From an uncultured delta proteobacterium (GTDB taxonomy: Bacteria; Desulfobacterota; BSN033; UBA1163): 64,000 nucleotides of DNA. This document shows, one piece after another, positions 47,148 through 57,830 of this stretch (the first letter of the stretch is position 1; each line of letters opens with the position of its first letter). The notes beneath the pieces were generated by a model, which saw nothing but the letters and a program-made list of their open reading frames with translations, did no database searches and was not told the origin of the DNA. Location: the NCBI GenBank assembly GCA_963827685.1, contig CAWHBU010000001.1, positions 256,001-320,000 of the forward strand, in the 5' to 3' direction. Both the position numbers and the translations under genes were made by a program.

Positions 47148-49571
47148 ATGAAAGAAATTGTTGAAGTGGCTGTCGGCCTTCCTGTTTTTAAGACATTCCA
47201 CTATCGCATTCCAGAAAAAATGATGGGCTCTCTCCGGGTTGGGATGAGGGTGCTCGTTCCTTTCAAAGGGAGAAAGGTCACGGGTTTTTCAATCGATCTT
47301 TTAGAACAGCCTCCAAAAGGGGTAGAGGAGAAGTTACGGGAGGTTGAGGATCTCCTCGATGAAGCCCCTTTGATCGATCCTCAAATGCTCCGCCTTTATC
47401 GCTGGATTTCCGATTACTACCTTTATCCATTGGGAGAAGTGATCAAGACCGGCCTTCCGCCAGGACTTCAACTGAAGAGCGAACTGATTCTGAGCCTTAC
47501 TCAAGATGGGATGGAATCTCTCGCCCAAGAGGGATTGGAACCGATTCAGGAAAAGGTCTTTAAGGAAATTGGAAGATGTGGGAAAGGCTCTTTAAGAAAA
47601 ATCTTAAGAATGTTTCTCGGAGAGGTGTCGAGGTCTCAGCTCTTTTCCTGGAAGAGAAAAGGACTTCTCAATATTGAAGCCGGGATAGAAGGAAAAGAGG
47701 TCAAACCGAAATTTGAGAAGGTGATCGCGTATCAAGGGGGTGAGCCAACCCAACCGATTTCAAAAAAGCAGGCAGAGATTCTGAACTGGATAAAAGAGAA
47801 AGGAGACATTTCCTATTCCGAATTGAGCAAAAGATTTAAATCCCCTTCCAAATCCATCCAATCCCTTCATGTCAAAGGACTCGTCTCACTCTCCAGGAGA
47901 GAGGTCTGCCGTGATCTTTCTGTTCGGTCTGAACTCAAGCCTTATCCAAAGCCTGAGCCTACTTCTGATCAAGAAGCCATTCTCGTCGAGATCCTAAAGG
48001 GAATCCATTCGAAGCGATTTTCTCCGTTTCTGATTTACGGTGTCACTGGGAGCGGGAAGACGGAGATTTACCTTCGGGCCATTGAAGAAGTGTTGATCCA
48101 AGGCCGGGAAGCGATTGTCCTGGTTCCGGAGATATCCCTGACCCCACAACTTCTCTCCCGATTCAAGGATCGGTTTGGAGAGAACCTTGCTCTCCTTCAC
48201 AGCGGGCTTGGAAGGGGAGAGCGTTATGATCAATGGAGAAGAATCTGGAAGGGAGAGGTGAAGATTGCCATGGGGGCTCGGTCTGCCATCTTCGCTCCCT
48301 TTAAACGTGTGGGAATCATTATCGTGGATGAAGAGCATGATCCCTCTTACAAACAGGAGGAGAAGTTAAAATATCATGCCAGGGATGTGGCCGTAGTCCG
48401 CGCGAAACAGGTTGAGGCAACACTCCTCTTAGGGTCTGCAACCCCGTCTTTGGAATCGTTTTATAACACCGAGAAGGGAAAGTTTCGTCTCCTCAATCTT
48501 CCTGAGAGGATTGAAGGAAGACCCCTCCCAAGGGTGGAAATAGTGGATGCGAAGAAGGAAGGAGGTCTCCTCTCGGAAAAATTAAGGGCAGCCCTGCAGA
48601 AAAACATTGAAGATAAGAAACAGAGTTTACTCTTTCTCAATCGCAGGGGGTTTGCCAATTTTATCCTCTGCCCGGAATGCGGCCACACCTTCAAATGCCC
48701 GAATTGCAGCGTGACGCTCACTTATCATCTCCGGGATCGCTCTCTCCAATGCCATTATTGTGATTACCGAATCCAGGCACCAGGAGATTGTCCGAAGTGT
48801 CAAGGCCACCGACTTCAAGGAATGGGGATTGGAACCGAACGCCTGGAGCAGGAAATTAGATTATTATTCCCGGAAACACAAGTGGGAAGGATGGATCGCG
48901 ACACCACCTCGCGACGAAGATCTCATCTACAGATTCTAAAGAGACTCGAATCCGGGAGTATTGACATCTTAGTGGGAACACAGATGATCGTTAAAGGTCA
49001 TGACTTCCCTAACGTGACTTTTGTCGGGGTGGTCTCTGCGGATACGTCCCTTCACTTTCCTGACTTTCGATCGAGTGAGAGAACCTTTCAACTTCTCACC
49101 CAGGTGGCAGGAAGGGCGGGAAGGGGGGAGGTTTTTGGAGAAGTGGTGATCCAGACCTTTAACCCAGACCATTATAGTATTCTCAAGGCAAAAGATCATG
49201 ACTATATCGGATTCTATCGGGAGGAAATTCAATTCCGGAAAGCCCTGGAATATCCTCCTTTCTCACGGTTCATCAATTTTAGATTGATTGGAAACAGCGA
49301 AAAAAGGACGAAGGGGATGGCAGAGGAAATGGGGAGGATCGGACAATCCTTATTGAAAAAGGGGTATGGAAAAGGGATTGAAATCTTAGGTCCAAGCAGT
49401 GCGCCTTTCGCCAAGATGAGAGGAAAATATCGGTGGCAGATGCTGGCCAAAGGGAAGAGTCCTCAGTGGCTTCATCAATTTGCTAAGGAATTAGCATCCA
49501 GAATGGAGGTTCAGATAAAGGGAAAGGGTGTTAATCTGGATATTGATGTGGATCCGGTTTTCATCCTATAA
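47148..49571 (+). CDS. priA: Primosomal protein N' helicase
   Basis: GVTGSGKTE, DEEHD, GSATPS, LNRRG, two Zn-finger Cys clusters, QVAGRAGR, IDVDP. Confidence 0.97.
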   Translation: MKEIVEVAVGLPVFKTFHYRIPEKMMGSLRVGMRVLVPFKGRKVTGFSIDLLEQPPKGVEEKLREVEDLLDEAPLIDPQMLRLYRWISDYYLYPLGEVIKTGLPPGLQLKSELILSLTQDGMESLAQEGLEPIQEKVFKEIGRCGKGSLRKILRMFLGEVSRSQLFSWKRKGLLNIEAGIEGKEVKPKFEKVIAYQGGEPTQPISKKQAEILNWIKEKGDISYSELSKRFKSPSKSIQSLHVKGLVSLSRREVCRDLSVRSELKPYPKPEPTSDQEAILVEILKGIHSKRFSPFLIYGVTGSGKTEIYLRAIEEVLIQGREAIVLVPEISLTPQLLSRFKDRFGENLALLHSGLGRGERYDQWRRIWKGEVKIAMGARSAIFAPFKRVGIIIVDEEHDPSYKQEEKLKYHARDVAVVRAKQVEATLLLGSATPSLESFYNTEKGKFRLLNLPERIEGRPLPRVEIVDAKKEGGLLSEKLRAALQKNIEDKKQSLLFLNRRGFANFILCPECGHTFKCPNCSVTLTYHLRDRSLQCHYCDYRIQAPGDCPKCQGHRLQGMGIGTERLEQEIRLLFPETQVGRMDRDTTSRRRSHLQILKRLESGSIDILVGTQMIVKGHDFPNVTFVGVVSADTSLHFPDFRSSERTFQLLTQVAGRAGRGEVFGEVVIQTFNPDHYSILKAKDHDYIGFYREEIQFRKALEYPPFSRFINFRLIGNSEKRTKGMAEEMGRIGQSLLKKGYGKGIEILGPSSAPFAKMRGKYRWQMLAKGKSPQWLHQFAKELASRMEVQIKGKGVNLDIDVDPVFIL

Positions 49572-49726
49572 TGGACGGAACTTTGCTTCGCAAAGGGAAT
49601 CATGAAATGATGGAATACTGAAATATTGGGTCAAATTGTTTGGAAAATAACTTTCAAATCCCCCCAACCCCCCTTTACTAAAGGGGGGAGAGGGGGGATT
49701 TTCATTTTTCGAAAAAGAGGTTGATT

Positions 49727-51004
49727 ATGATTGATCGGTCGCGTGGTTATTTTCGAAGAGAAAAGGAGACAATGTCGAAGAAAAGACGAGAGGCTTATTT
49801 GAAGGAGAGGCTCTCTGAAATTCTTCGCTATGGATACCGTTATTCCAAGGCAATTCAGTCAAGGTTTGATGCCGTGGGGATCAAACCTGAGAAGGTAAAG
49901 GATCTCAAGGATCTGGAGAAATTGCCTGTCACCAAAAAAACAGATTTGGTCGCTTTACAGAAACAGACTCCTCCCTTTGGAGGTTTTGAGATCGTCCCTA
50001 AAAAGGGCATAAGAAGAATTTATATCTCACCTGGACCGGTGTTTGAACCCGGGGAGTGGGATTACAAGGATATCCGATGGGCTCAAGCGCTTTTCGCCTG
50101 CGGGTTAAGAAAAGGGGATGTTGTTCTAAATACCTTTAACTATCACCTTACTCCCTTGGCTCTCATGCTCGATGAATCACTCAAGATGCTGGGGGCATCT
50201 GTCGTTCCTGTTGGCCCGGGAAATCTCTCGATGCAAATTCAACTGATACGACAACTCCATGTGACAGGATTCCTTGGAACGCCCAGTTTCCTCATGTCCA
50301 TAACAGAGGCCGCCGAGGGAATGTCCCTTCACCTGAAAAAAGATCTTTCTCTGAAGGCCGCCTTTGTCGGTGCAGAAATGTTCCCGGAGTCACTCCGCCA
50401 GAAGTTGGAAGGGAAACTTGAGATCTTCATCCGGCAGGCTTATGGCACTGTGGATGTGGGTTGTCTTGGATACGAATGCCCGGAGAAGAAAGGGATGCAT
50501 ATTCCTGAGGACGTGATGGTGGAGATCGTTGACACGGAGACAGGAAGACAATTAGAGATCGGTGCGACGGGAGAGATCGTGGCTACTACCTTCAGCAAGG
50601 TCTTTCCGATGATTCGTTTCGCCACGGGAGACCTTTCTTATCTGATCGGAGATCCGTGTCCCTGCGGTCGAACTTCGCCTCGCTTAGGAAAAATACTGGG
50701 GCGCACAGATCAGGTGACCAAAGTTTGGGGAATCTTCATCCATCCCTGGCAGGTTGATGAAGTGATGGCGAGATTTCCATGGGTGGCGAATTACCAAATC
50801 GTCGTCACCAGAAAAGAATATCGTGACCAGATGACGATTTATATCGAATTGAAAGAGGAAGGTGCTGACCAGAGCAGCTTGAAAAGAAGGGTGGAAAAAG
50901 AGATGGAGGAAGTTCTCAAAGTGAAAGGTGAAGTGGTGTTTACTGTAAGAGGGGGCATTCCGGATCGAGCCAAAAAGATTGATGATCGGAGGATCTGGGA
51001 GTAG
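49727..51004 (+). CDS. Phenylacetate--CoA ligase family (PaaK-like) protein
   Basis: LEKLPVTKK, GTPSFL, YGTVDVG, PMIRFATGD, CPCGRTSPR, GRTDQ. Confidence 0.88.
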   Translation: MIDRSRGYFRREKETMSKKRREAYLKERLSEILRYGYRYSKAIQSRFDAVGIKPEKVKDLKDLEKLPVTKKTDLVALQKQTPPFGGFEIVPKKGIRRIYISPGPVFEPGEWDYKDIRWAQALFACGLRKGDVVLNTFNYHLTPLALMLDESLKMLGASVVPVGPGNLSMQIQLIRQLHVTGFLGTPSFLMSITEAAEGMSLHLKKDLSLKAAFVGAEMFPESLRQKLEGKLEIFIRQAYGTVDVGCLGYECPEKKGMHIPEDVMVEIVDTETGRQLEIGATGEIVATTFSKVFPMIRFATGDLSYLIGDPCPCGRTSPRLGKILGRTDQVTKVWGIFIHPWQVDEVMARFPWVANYQIVVTRKEYRDQMTIYIELKEEGADQSSLKRRVEKEMEEVLKVKGEVVFTVRGGIPDRAKKIDDRRIWE

Positions 51005-51009
51005 AAAGA

Positions 51010-51516
51010 ATGGGGAACGAGGCAAAGGTCAAGGTGGGGGGTATCATGTCAAGTTCGGGTCTCGCGACAGTGAGTATCCTTTCGTTGCCGAATCGGCCTG
51101 ATGTTGCCGGGACAGTCCTCCACGCGCTGGGGAAGCGGAATATCAATATCGAATTTGTCGTCCACAACCTCGACCTCGAAGGCAATGGGAACATGACTTT
51201 TTGCATCGACCAAAAGGATCTGGAGGCCGCTTTGGCGGTACTGGAAGGAGTCAAACCTCTGATCGAGGCGAAGGGGATTTCTTATTATCCCAATGTGGCG
51301 GTGATCAGCGTTTTCGGCCCTCACTTCAGGGAGAGGCCGATGATCTCCGGTTTAATGTTCAATGCCTTGGGAACAACAGGCATCAATGTATTGGCGATTA
51401 GCACCTCGATCTCAAGTTGTTCCTGCCTCATCCAAGCAGATCAGGCAGAAGATGCCATGAGGGCCCTTCACGAAACCTTTGAGGCTCCCCATCAGGTCAC
51501 GAAGTTTGCACCATAG
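51010..51516 (+). CDS. Tandem ACT-domain protein (aspartokinase beta-like)
   Basis: PNRPDVAG..L..LG...INIEF; MFNALG..GINVLAISTS. Confidence 0.85.
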   Translation: MGNEAKVKVGGIMSSSGLATVSILSLPNRPDVAGTVLHALGKRNINIEFVVHNLDLEGNGNMTFCIDQKDLEAALAVLEGVKPLIEAKGISYYPNVAVISVFGPHFRERPMISGLMFNALGTTGINVLAISTSISSCSCLIQADQAEDAMRALHETFEAPHQVTKFAP

Positions 51517-51680
51517 GTGGAAAGTAACGTGTCCGTGCCTGGCGCTGAAGTGCTTCGCCTGCCTGCGCGAAGCCGCTTCGGCGAAGGCAGGGCACGCAAG
51601 CGTGTCCGTAGCCAAATGAGACTAATAATCCCCCCTCGCCCCCCTTTACTAAAGGGGGGTTGGGGGGTTAAGGAGTTTTT

Positions 51681-51941
51681 GTGGAAAAAACTCTTGAGAG
51701 ATTAGCTGAACAGATTCTTTCCTTTGATGAGGCCTCCCTGTTCAACCTGAGGGAGAAGTATCGTTTGAAGATTGAGCATTTTGATGGAACAAAGGACTGG
51801 GAAAAGTCGGTGATCATCTACTGCATCATCAATGCCGTCAGCTCGAAAAATACCCTCTTCAACGAGAATGTGCTGAAGAGGAAGGAAGAAAGGGAGAGAA
51901 AGCCACCCAAGGGTTACTCTACTCTAAAACGAGTTAAGTAA
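51681..51941 (+). CDS. Conserved hypothetical protein
   Basis: AAGGAG RBS; LAEQILSFDEASL...WEKSVII...INAV..KN. Confidence 0.7.
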   Translation: MEKTLERLAEQILSFDEASLFNLREKYRLKIEHFDGTKDWEKSVIIYCIINAVSSKNTLFNENVLKRKEERERKPPKGYSTLKRVK

Positions 51942-51942
51942 A

Positions 51943-52036
51943 CCCCGTTAGAAATTCCGGCGGGGCAATAAACTCCGCCGGAATTATTTAGAATGTAACC
52001 CCGCTGCAGAGCAGCGGGTCATTATTTCTAACGGGG
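51943..52036. mobile_element. MITE with 13-bp TIRs and TAAA direct repeats (copy 2)
   Basis: TAAA-CCCCGTTAGAAAT...ATTTCTAACGGGG-TAAA. Confidence 0.88.
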
Positions 52037-52069
52037 TAAATGGAGCTCCACGGACAAGCCCCGAGGGGC

Positions 52070-52230
52070 TCAATTGGCCACGGTCTTGGTCTCAGGCCGG
52101 ACGAACCACCCATCATCCTCGGGCCTGAGGATGAAGCAGTTATCAATGAGAATATGATTTTCTCCATTGAAATCAATCCCATTGGTCCCGCATTCGGGGC
52201 GATTGGGATTGAAGAAGACATCATCTTCCC
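52070..52230 (+). pseudogene. M24 (Xaa-Pro) peptidase C-terminal fragment
   Basis: IGHGLGL..DEPP, NMIFSIE, IGIEEDII motifs with no N-terminus. Confidence 0.7.
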
Positions 52231-52432
52231 CCCCAATGCTTACGGCGAGCGGGCAGTGGATAGTGTAGCCTGCAGTCCGGCTTCTATTTGGTTCAACCTA
52301 CTATAGGTACCTCCACTTTTTTCTTCGCCTACTACAGGTTGTGGCATAAATGGGCAAAAAAGGATTTAACACTTGACAAAGTGGGGGCCGGTATGCTAAC
52401 ATTGTGAATTAAAATTACAAGGAGGCTGGTTT

Positions 52433-53068
52433 ATGGAACTTAGTAAAACGCTAATACGCACAGAGCATCCTCCCCATCTAAGGGCTTACAATAAAAATAG
52501 GCTTCCCTTCTCTCGTATCTTCCGCAAGGCTGCCCTTTTTATCATCATCTTCATCATCTCCTTTCATGTCCCCAATTTCATTCCCAGTCTCGATCAAAGA
52601 GGGCGGACTATTAAAGAGATCCTGGAGATATTAGAGAAGCAACCGACGGGTCTGGCCAATGTGACAAAAGAGGAACTTGCTGAGGTCATCTACGAAGAGG
52701 CCACTCGTTACAATCACGACCCAAAATTCATCCTGGCTCTCATCGCCATTGAGAGTGAGTTCTATAACTGGTCCGTGTCTGAAAAGGGTGCCAAAGGGCT
52801 GATGCAGATTATGCCATATGTGGCACAGTCCCTCTCCCCAGAACTGGGTATTGAATGGAGCGGAGACAGGACCCTTTTTAACCCCTACCTCAATATAAGA
52901 ATTGGAATTTATTATCTTTCCCAGCTCATCCTTGACTTCAAGGATATCGAGGTCGCCCTGACGGCTTATAACTATGGTCCTACATATGTCAAAGGCCTTA
53001 TTGAGAGAAAAGAGCGGATTCCCCACGACTATTACCGCAAATTCCTAACAGTCTACCGAAGCATTTAG
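52433..53068 (+). CDS. Lytic transglycosylase (SLT domain)
   Basis: IAIES, GAKGLMQIMP, NIRIG, ALTAYNYGP. Confidence 0.93.
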   Translation: MELSKTLIRTEHPPHLRAYNKNRLPFSRIFRKAALFIIIFIISFHVPNFIPSLDQRGRTIKEILEILEKQPTGLANVTKEELAEVIYEEATRYNHDPKFILALIAIESEFYNWSVSEKGAKGLMQIMPYVAQSLSPELGIEWSGDRTLFNPYLNIRIGIYYLSQLILDFKDIEVALTAYNYGPTYVKGLIERKERIPHDYYRKFLTVYRSI

Positions 53069-53327
53069 TTTGTATCGAGGAGGATTTCTGCCTGCGGCAG
53101 GAAGGAATCCCTCTTCGTTTTGACCCATCCCCCCTCTTTTATGGAGCCCCATGAGCGAGCCAATGGTACCAGCCCAAACGCCCCTTCGGGGGCAACACCC
53201 CGCGACCAGACAACTAATTCGCCCGCGGATAAACCTGTAGTTCTCTTAGTGTCAGGATAGAATTCCTTAATATTTTGTGGTAATTTATAATTATAAAGTG
53301 AGAATTCTCTCAGGGAGTGACGTTAAA

Positions 53328-54233
53328 GTGTCTTTCACCCCTTCCTATATCAGTCTTTTTCAAAAAGGAGAGCTCCAACAGAGGATACAGTGTTTGAAAG
53401 AACTTCTCAAGGAGTGTCGGCTTTGCCCGCGGGAGTGTAAGGTCAATCGCCTGGATGGAGAGGTGGGATACTGTGGTGCTGGCGCAGAACCCATGATTTC
53501 CAGTGCCTTTCCCCATTTCGGTGAGGAGCCACCTTTGGTCGGATATCACGGGTCAGGGACCATCTTCCTCGCCAACTGTAACCTTCGGTGTATCTTCTGC
53601 CAAAATTATGATATCAGCCATTTCGGAAATGGCGAACGCATTACCTCCTCAGATATGGCACGGGTTATGGTGAGGCTCCAAGAGATGGGTTGCCACAACA
53701 TCAACTTTGTCACCCCTACTCACTATGCCCCCCAAATTGTAGCCTCTCTTCCCGAAGCGGTCGAGAAGGGTCTTCGGCTTCCCCTTGTCTATAACTGCTC
53801 TGGATATGAATCCATAGAGGTGATTCGACTCTTGGAAGGGGTGGTCGATATCTACATGCCCGATGCAAAATATATGGACCAAAAGCATTCAAAGCAATTT
53901 TCGAATGCTCTGGACTATCCTGAGGTAGTCAAAAAGGTTCTCAAAGAGATGTACCGCCAGGTCGGAGACCTGACCACCAATTCTGAAGGGATTGCCGAAA
54001 GAGGACTCTTGATCAGACACCTGGTGATGCCAGATGGAGTCGCTTCTTCGGAAGCAGTTCTCAAGTTTATCGCTGAGGAGATCTCTGTTCATTCCTATAT
54101 TAACATCATGGACCAATATCGGCCCGAATACCAAGCCCATGAATATCCTGAGATCAATCGCCGTATCACCCGCAAAGAATATCTCGAAGTGATTCAGTGG
54201 GCTAAGCGCCACCAACTCCATCGAGGTTTTTAG
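53328..54233 (+). CDS. PflX-like radical SAM protein
   Basis: CRLCPREC, PHFGEEPPL, CNLRCIFCQN, HNINFVTP, IRHLVMP. Confidence 0.92.
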   Translation: MSFTPSYISLFQKGELQQRIQCLKELLKECRLCPRECKVNRLDGEVGYCGAGAEPMISSAFPHFGEEPPLVGYHGSGTIFLANCNLRCIFCQNYDISHFGNGERITSSDMARVMVRLQEMGCHNINFVTPTHYAPQIVASLPEAVEKGLRLPLVYNCSGYESIEVIRLLEGVVDIYMPDAKYMDQKHSKQFSNALDYPEVVKKVLKEMYRQVGDLTTNSEGIAERGLLIRHLVMPDGVASSEAVLKFIAEEISVHSYINIMDQYRPEYQAHEYPEINRRITRKEYLEVIQWAKRHQLHRGF

Positions 54234-55124
54234 GTGAAATTACAGGAAGCTCTCCGAGAGATCCGATCCTTAAAGGAGAAGGTCCGATCCCTTACCAAAG
54301 AGATTGAATCCATCAAGGCCACTTCTCCAGAAGACCCTTCTCAAGTTGAGAAGATGCTCAAGATGAGGGGGATCAAAGTAATGCGGAAGAATCCCACTGA
54401 CCGCCTATTCTTTCCCCCGGATCTTTCTCCTTTTCACAAAGCCCGATTTTACGAGGTGATGAAGAAATACTCTTTTCGTCTGGTTCTGAGAGATATGATC
54501 AAATACCAGGATCGGTTTCGTATCCAGGATCTGACCCATTACTGTTCTTCCAAGGTGGTTCAAGGATATTGCGACCTGCTCTGCGAAATGGGGGCCATTA
54601 TGAAAAATGGAAGGGGAACATATCGAACCTGCGTCTCCCCCCTTTACAGTTTCGGACCCACCTTGGAATGGTTCATCGCGGAGTTGTTCAAAAGGGAATT
54701 TGCTTCTCCTTCAATCTATGGAGTGAGTGTGAAGAAGACTCCTTCTGGGGGTGACTATGATGTCATTGCCTGCTGGAATCAAAGGCTCGTCTATGTGGAA
54801 GTAAAATCCTCCCCTCCCAAAGGAGTTGAACGAAACGAGATTTCTTCTTTCTTTTCCAGAATCGATGATATCCTACCGGAAGTGGCCTTCCTCTTCAATG
54901 ATACACAGTTAAGGATGAAGGATAAATTGGTCGTGATGTTTGAGGAGGAATTAGAAAGGAGATATGGAAGGGAGTCCAAGACATCCTATCCAGTGGAAAG
55001 ACTGATCGAGGAACTCTTCCATGTCCAAAATCATGTTTTTATCGTCAACAGCAAGAAGGATGTCGTGGAGAATTTCCAGCTCTGCCTCAAATACTATCTT
55101 CATTATGGGGTGAAGGGAAGATGA
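54234..55124 (+). CDS. Hypothetical protein with C-terminal PD-(D/E)XK nuclease-like motif
   Basis: TLEWF...GGDYDVI...YVEVKS. Confidence 0.7.
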   Translation: MKLQEALREIRSLKEKVRSLTKEIESIKATSPEDPSQVEKMLKMRGIKVMRKNPTDRLFFPPDLSPFHKARFYEVMKKYSFRLVLRDMIKYQDRFRIQDLTHYCSSKVVQGYCDLLCEMGAIMKNGRGTYRTCVSPLYSFGPTLEWFIAELFKREFASPSIYGVSVKKTPSGGDYDVIACWNQRLVYVEVKSSPPKGVERNEISSFFSRIDDILPEVAFLFNDTQLRMKDKLVVMFEEELERRYGRESKTSYPVERLIEELFHVQNHVFIVNSKKDVVENFQLCLKYYLHYGVKGR

Positions 55125-56836
55125 AAAATAGGGAGCTCGCCGATCTCTTTGAAAAGATGGCAGACATTTTGGAATTTAAAGGTGAGAATCCTTTTAAGAT
55201 CAGCGCCTACCGAAAGGCTTCAAGAATCATTGGGGATCTCACGCAAGACATTGAAGAGATCGCTGAACAGGGAAAACTCAAGAACATCCCGGGGATTGGC
55301 GAAGGGATGGCTCAGAAGATTGTGGAATATCTTAAAACAGGAAAAATCTCCAAATTTGAGGACGTCAGAAAGGGAGTATCCGATGAATTGATCGCCATCA
55401 TGGATATCCCAGGAATGGGACCCAAGACCCTTTCCATGCTTCACAGGGAGAAGGGAATCAGTAACTTCTCCCAATTGGAGAAGGCATTGGAGGACGGATC
55501 CCTGATGGGTCTCTTCGGAATAGGTGAGAAAAAGATAGAAAACATCAAACGGGGAATCCTACTCCTTAAGCAGAGCAAAGGCAGGATGAATTTAGGCGTA
55601 GCTTTTCCTGTGGCAAAACAGATTGCGGAGACCTTGAGGCAGAAGACAGGATCGAAAAAGATTGAATGGGCAGGCTCCCTTCGGAGAATGAAAGAGAATA
55701 TTGGAGACATCGACATTTTGGCCACTGGGCCGGATAAGAGAAAAATCGTTCAGGCATTTACGCATCTTCCAGAAGTCAAAGAGGTCTTAGCCTCTGGAGA
55801 GACCAAGGCCTCTGTCATCGTGGAAGGGGGAACGCAGATTGACCTTCGTGTGGTAGAAGAAGGTTCCTATGGTGCAGCGCTTCAATATTTTACCGGATCG
55901 AAGGGGCACAACATTCATCTGAGAGGAATCGCCAAGGCCAAAGGGATCAAGATCAATGAATACGGGGTTTTCAAAGGAGAGAAGAAGATCGGAGGGAAAG
56001 AAGAGAATGATGTCTATCGTGTGCTGGGGATGGACTGGATTGACCCCGAACTTCGTGAAGATCGTGGAGAGATCGAAGCGGCACAGAAAGGGCGACTTCC
56101 TAAGCTTGTTCAGGAATCTGAAATCAAGGGAGACCTTCATGTCCACTCCAAATGGAGCGATGGCATCTCCTCGATTGAAGAGACTGCCAAAGCTGCCCAG
56201 AAGAGGGGTTATCAATATGTGGCGGTCTGCGATCACTCGAAGTCTCTTAAGATTGCCCATGGGCTTGATGAATCGAGGGTGATGAAACAGATTGAGGAGA
56301 TTGATCACCTCAATGAAAAACTTAAAGGCTTTCAGATTCTGAAAGGGACCGAGGTCGATATCCTCGCGGACGGAAAGTTAGACCTTTCCGAAAAAATATT
56401 GGAGAAACTCGATATCGTCGTAGGAGCCATCCACAGTGGGTTTAAACAGGATAGGGGAAAGATGACGAAAAGGATCGTTCGAGCTTTGGAAAATCCTTAC
56501 ATTCATATCCTTGCCCATCCCACTGGCAGACTATTGGGAGCAAGGGACCCCTATGAAGTTGAGATTGAAGAATTGATGGAGGCTGCCAAGAAATATGGAA
56601 AAGCTTTGGAAATCAATGCCTACTTCGAACGCCTCGATTTGGATGATATCCATTGCCGGAAAGCAAAAGAGATGGGAATACGAGTGGGGATCGGAACCGA
56701 TTCTCACCATTTAGACCAGATGTGGATGATCAGTCTGGGAGTGGCTGTGGCAAGGCGCGGTTGGCTCGAAACCAAAGATGTTCTCAATACGTTTTCCCTA
56801 AAAGAAATTCTGAAGTGGTGCCATTCTCGGAAATAG
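55121..56836 (+). CDS. polX: DNA polymerase X / PHP exonuclease
   Basis: NPFKISAYRKA, AGSLRR..GDIDIL, YFTGSKGHN, GDLHVHSKWSDG, AHPTGR, GTDSH. Confidence 0.96.
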   Translation: MKNRELADLFEKMADILEFKGENPFKISAYRKASRIIGDLTQDIEEIAEQGKLKNIPGIGEGMAQKIVEYLKTGKISKFEDVRKGVSDELIAIMDIPGMGPKTLSMLHREKGISNFSQLEKALEDGSLMGLFGIGEKKIENIKRGILLLKQSKGRMNLGVAFPVAKQIAETLRQKTGSKKIEWAGSLRRMKENIGDIDILATGPDKRKIVQAFTHLPEVKEVLASGETKASVIVEGGTQIDLRVVEEGSYGAALQYFTGSKGHNIHLRGIAKAKGIKINEYGVFKGEKKIGGKEENDVYRVLGMDWIDPELREDRGEIEAAQKGRLPKLVQESEIKGDLHVHSKWSDGISSIEETAKAAQKRGYQYVAVCDHSKSLKIAHGLDESRVMKQIEEIDHLNEKLKGFQILKGTEVDILADGKLDLSEKILEKLDIVVGAIHSGFKQDRGKMTKRIVRALENPYIHILAHPTGRLLGARDPYEVEIEELMEAAKKYGKALEINAYFERLDLDDIHCRKAKEMGIRVGIGTDSHHLDQMWMISLGVAVARRGWLETKDVLNTFSLKEILKWCHSRK

Positions 56837-56910
56837 GGTTTAGGGGTTAGGTTTTAGCTAATCCCTTTCTGCGGCAGAAAGGTCTAAATTCAAATCTCTA
56901 ATCCCACATT

Positions 56911-57729
56911 TTAGAACCAGCGAAAGAGCTGTTTAATATCCTCTACATATTCGGGGAATGGAGCGGGAGTGAAGGAGAGGAAAAATGCGAGAAAAACAAA
57001 GCCTCCGAGTAACTTTCTTTTCCAATCAAGGGGGGTTTGATCATCCATCGGGGGTGGATGCCGGAATCCAAAGAGGATGATGAGGATGAGAAGGAGGAAC
57101 CATCCTGGATTGTAAAATACGGTGATAAAAGCCATCACGGCAATGGCAATGAGGAAGATAACCCGGCTCCTTTTTCCAAAGAGGCCATAAGCGATGTGGC
57201 CTCCATCTAACTGTCCGATGGGAAGAAGATTGAGGGAGGTGACAAAAAGGCCAACCCATCCCGCAAATCCGATTGGGTGGAGAACAATCTCATAATTTTC
57301 TGAAATCTCTCCTGAAACCAAACGCTGGATGAAGGAGAAGAGGAGAGGGTCTGCAAGGCGGAGCATTCCCTCTTTAATGTGTGAGGCAGGGACCACTTTG
57401 GAGAGTCTTAAGCCGATTACGATTGCGGGGATACTGAGGACAAGACTGGTAAGAGGGCCTGCCACACCGGTGTCGAAAAGGGCCTTTCGAGAAGAGACAG
57501 TGCTTTCCATGCGGATGACCGCACCCAGTGTCCCGAAAGGTGGGAGGGGGAAGGGCAAGAAAAAGGGCAAAGTCGCCCTTATCCCATACCTCCGTGACAT
57601 CAAATAATGGCCCATTTCGTGTCCAAAGAGGATGAGGATAACTGCAAAAGAATAAACAGGGCCTCCGACGATCCACGTGGAGGCCACTGTCAAAATGAAA
57701 AGCACAATATGGAGGGTATATCTTCGCAT
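56911..57729 (-). CDS. Site-2 protease (M50)
   Basis: HEMGH, AGP, NLLPIGQLDGGH. Confidence 0.95.
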   Translation of the reverse strand: MRRYTLHIVLFILTVASTWIVGGPVYSFAVILILFGHEMGHYLMSRRYGIRATLPFFLPFPLPPFGTLGAVIRMESTVSSRKALFDTGVAGPLTSLVLSIPAIVIGLRLSKVVPASHIKEGMLRLADPLLFSFIQRLVSGEISENYEIVLHPIGFAGWVGLFVTSLNLLPIGQLDGGHIAYGLFGKRSRVIFLIAIAVMAFITVFYNPGWFLLLILIILFGFRHPPPMDDQTPLDWKRKLLGGFVFLAFFLSFTPAPFPEYVEDIKQLFRWF

Positions 57730-57737
57730 TAAAATAA

Positions 57738-57830
57738 TTATTTCTTTTTCTTATGACGATCCCGGTCTAATTGCTTTTTGTGTTTGTGTTTTCGCATCTT
57801 CTTTCGGCGTTTCTTGACTACGCTTCCCAT
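57738..57830 (-). CDS. AURKAIP1/COX24-domain (bS22-like) small basic protein
   Basis: MGSVVKKRRKKMRKHKHKKQLDRDRHKKKK*, AGGAG RBS; below ORF-track cutoff. Confidence 0.88.
   Translation of the reverse strand: MGSVVKKRRKKMRKHKHKKQLDRDRHKKKK

Noticed and set aside
51517-51705. Short ORFs made of repeat sequence (also 19588, 31884, 40119, 46858, 57955)
   Set aside because: They translate REP/MITE-like repeats rather than real genes.
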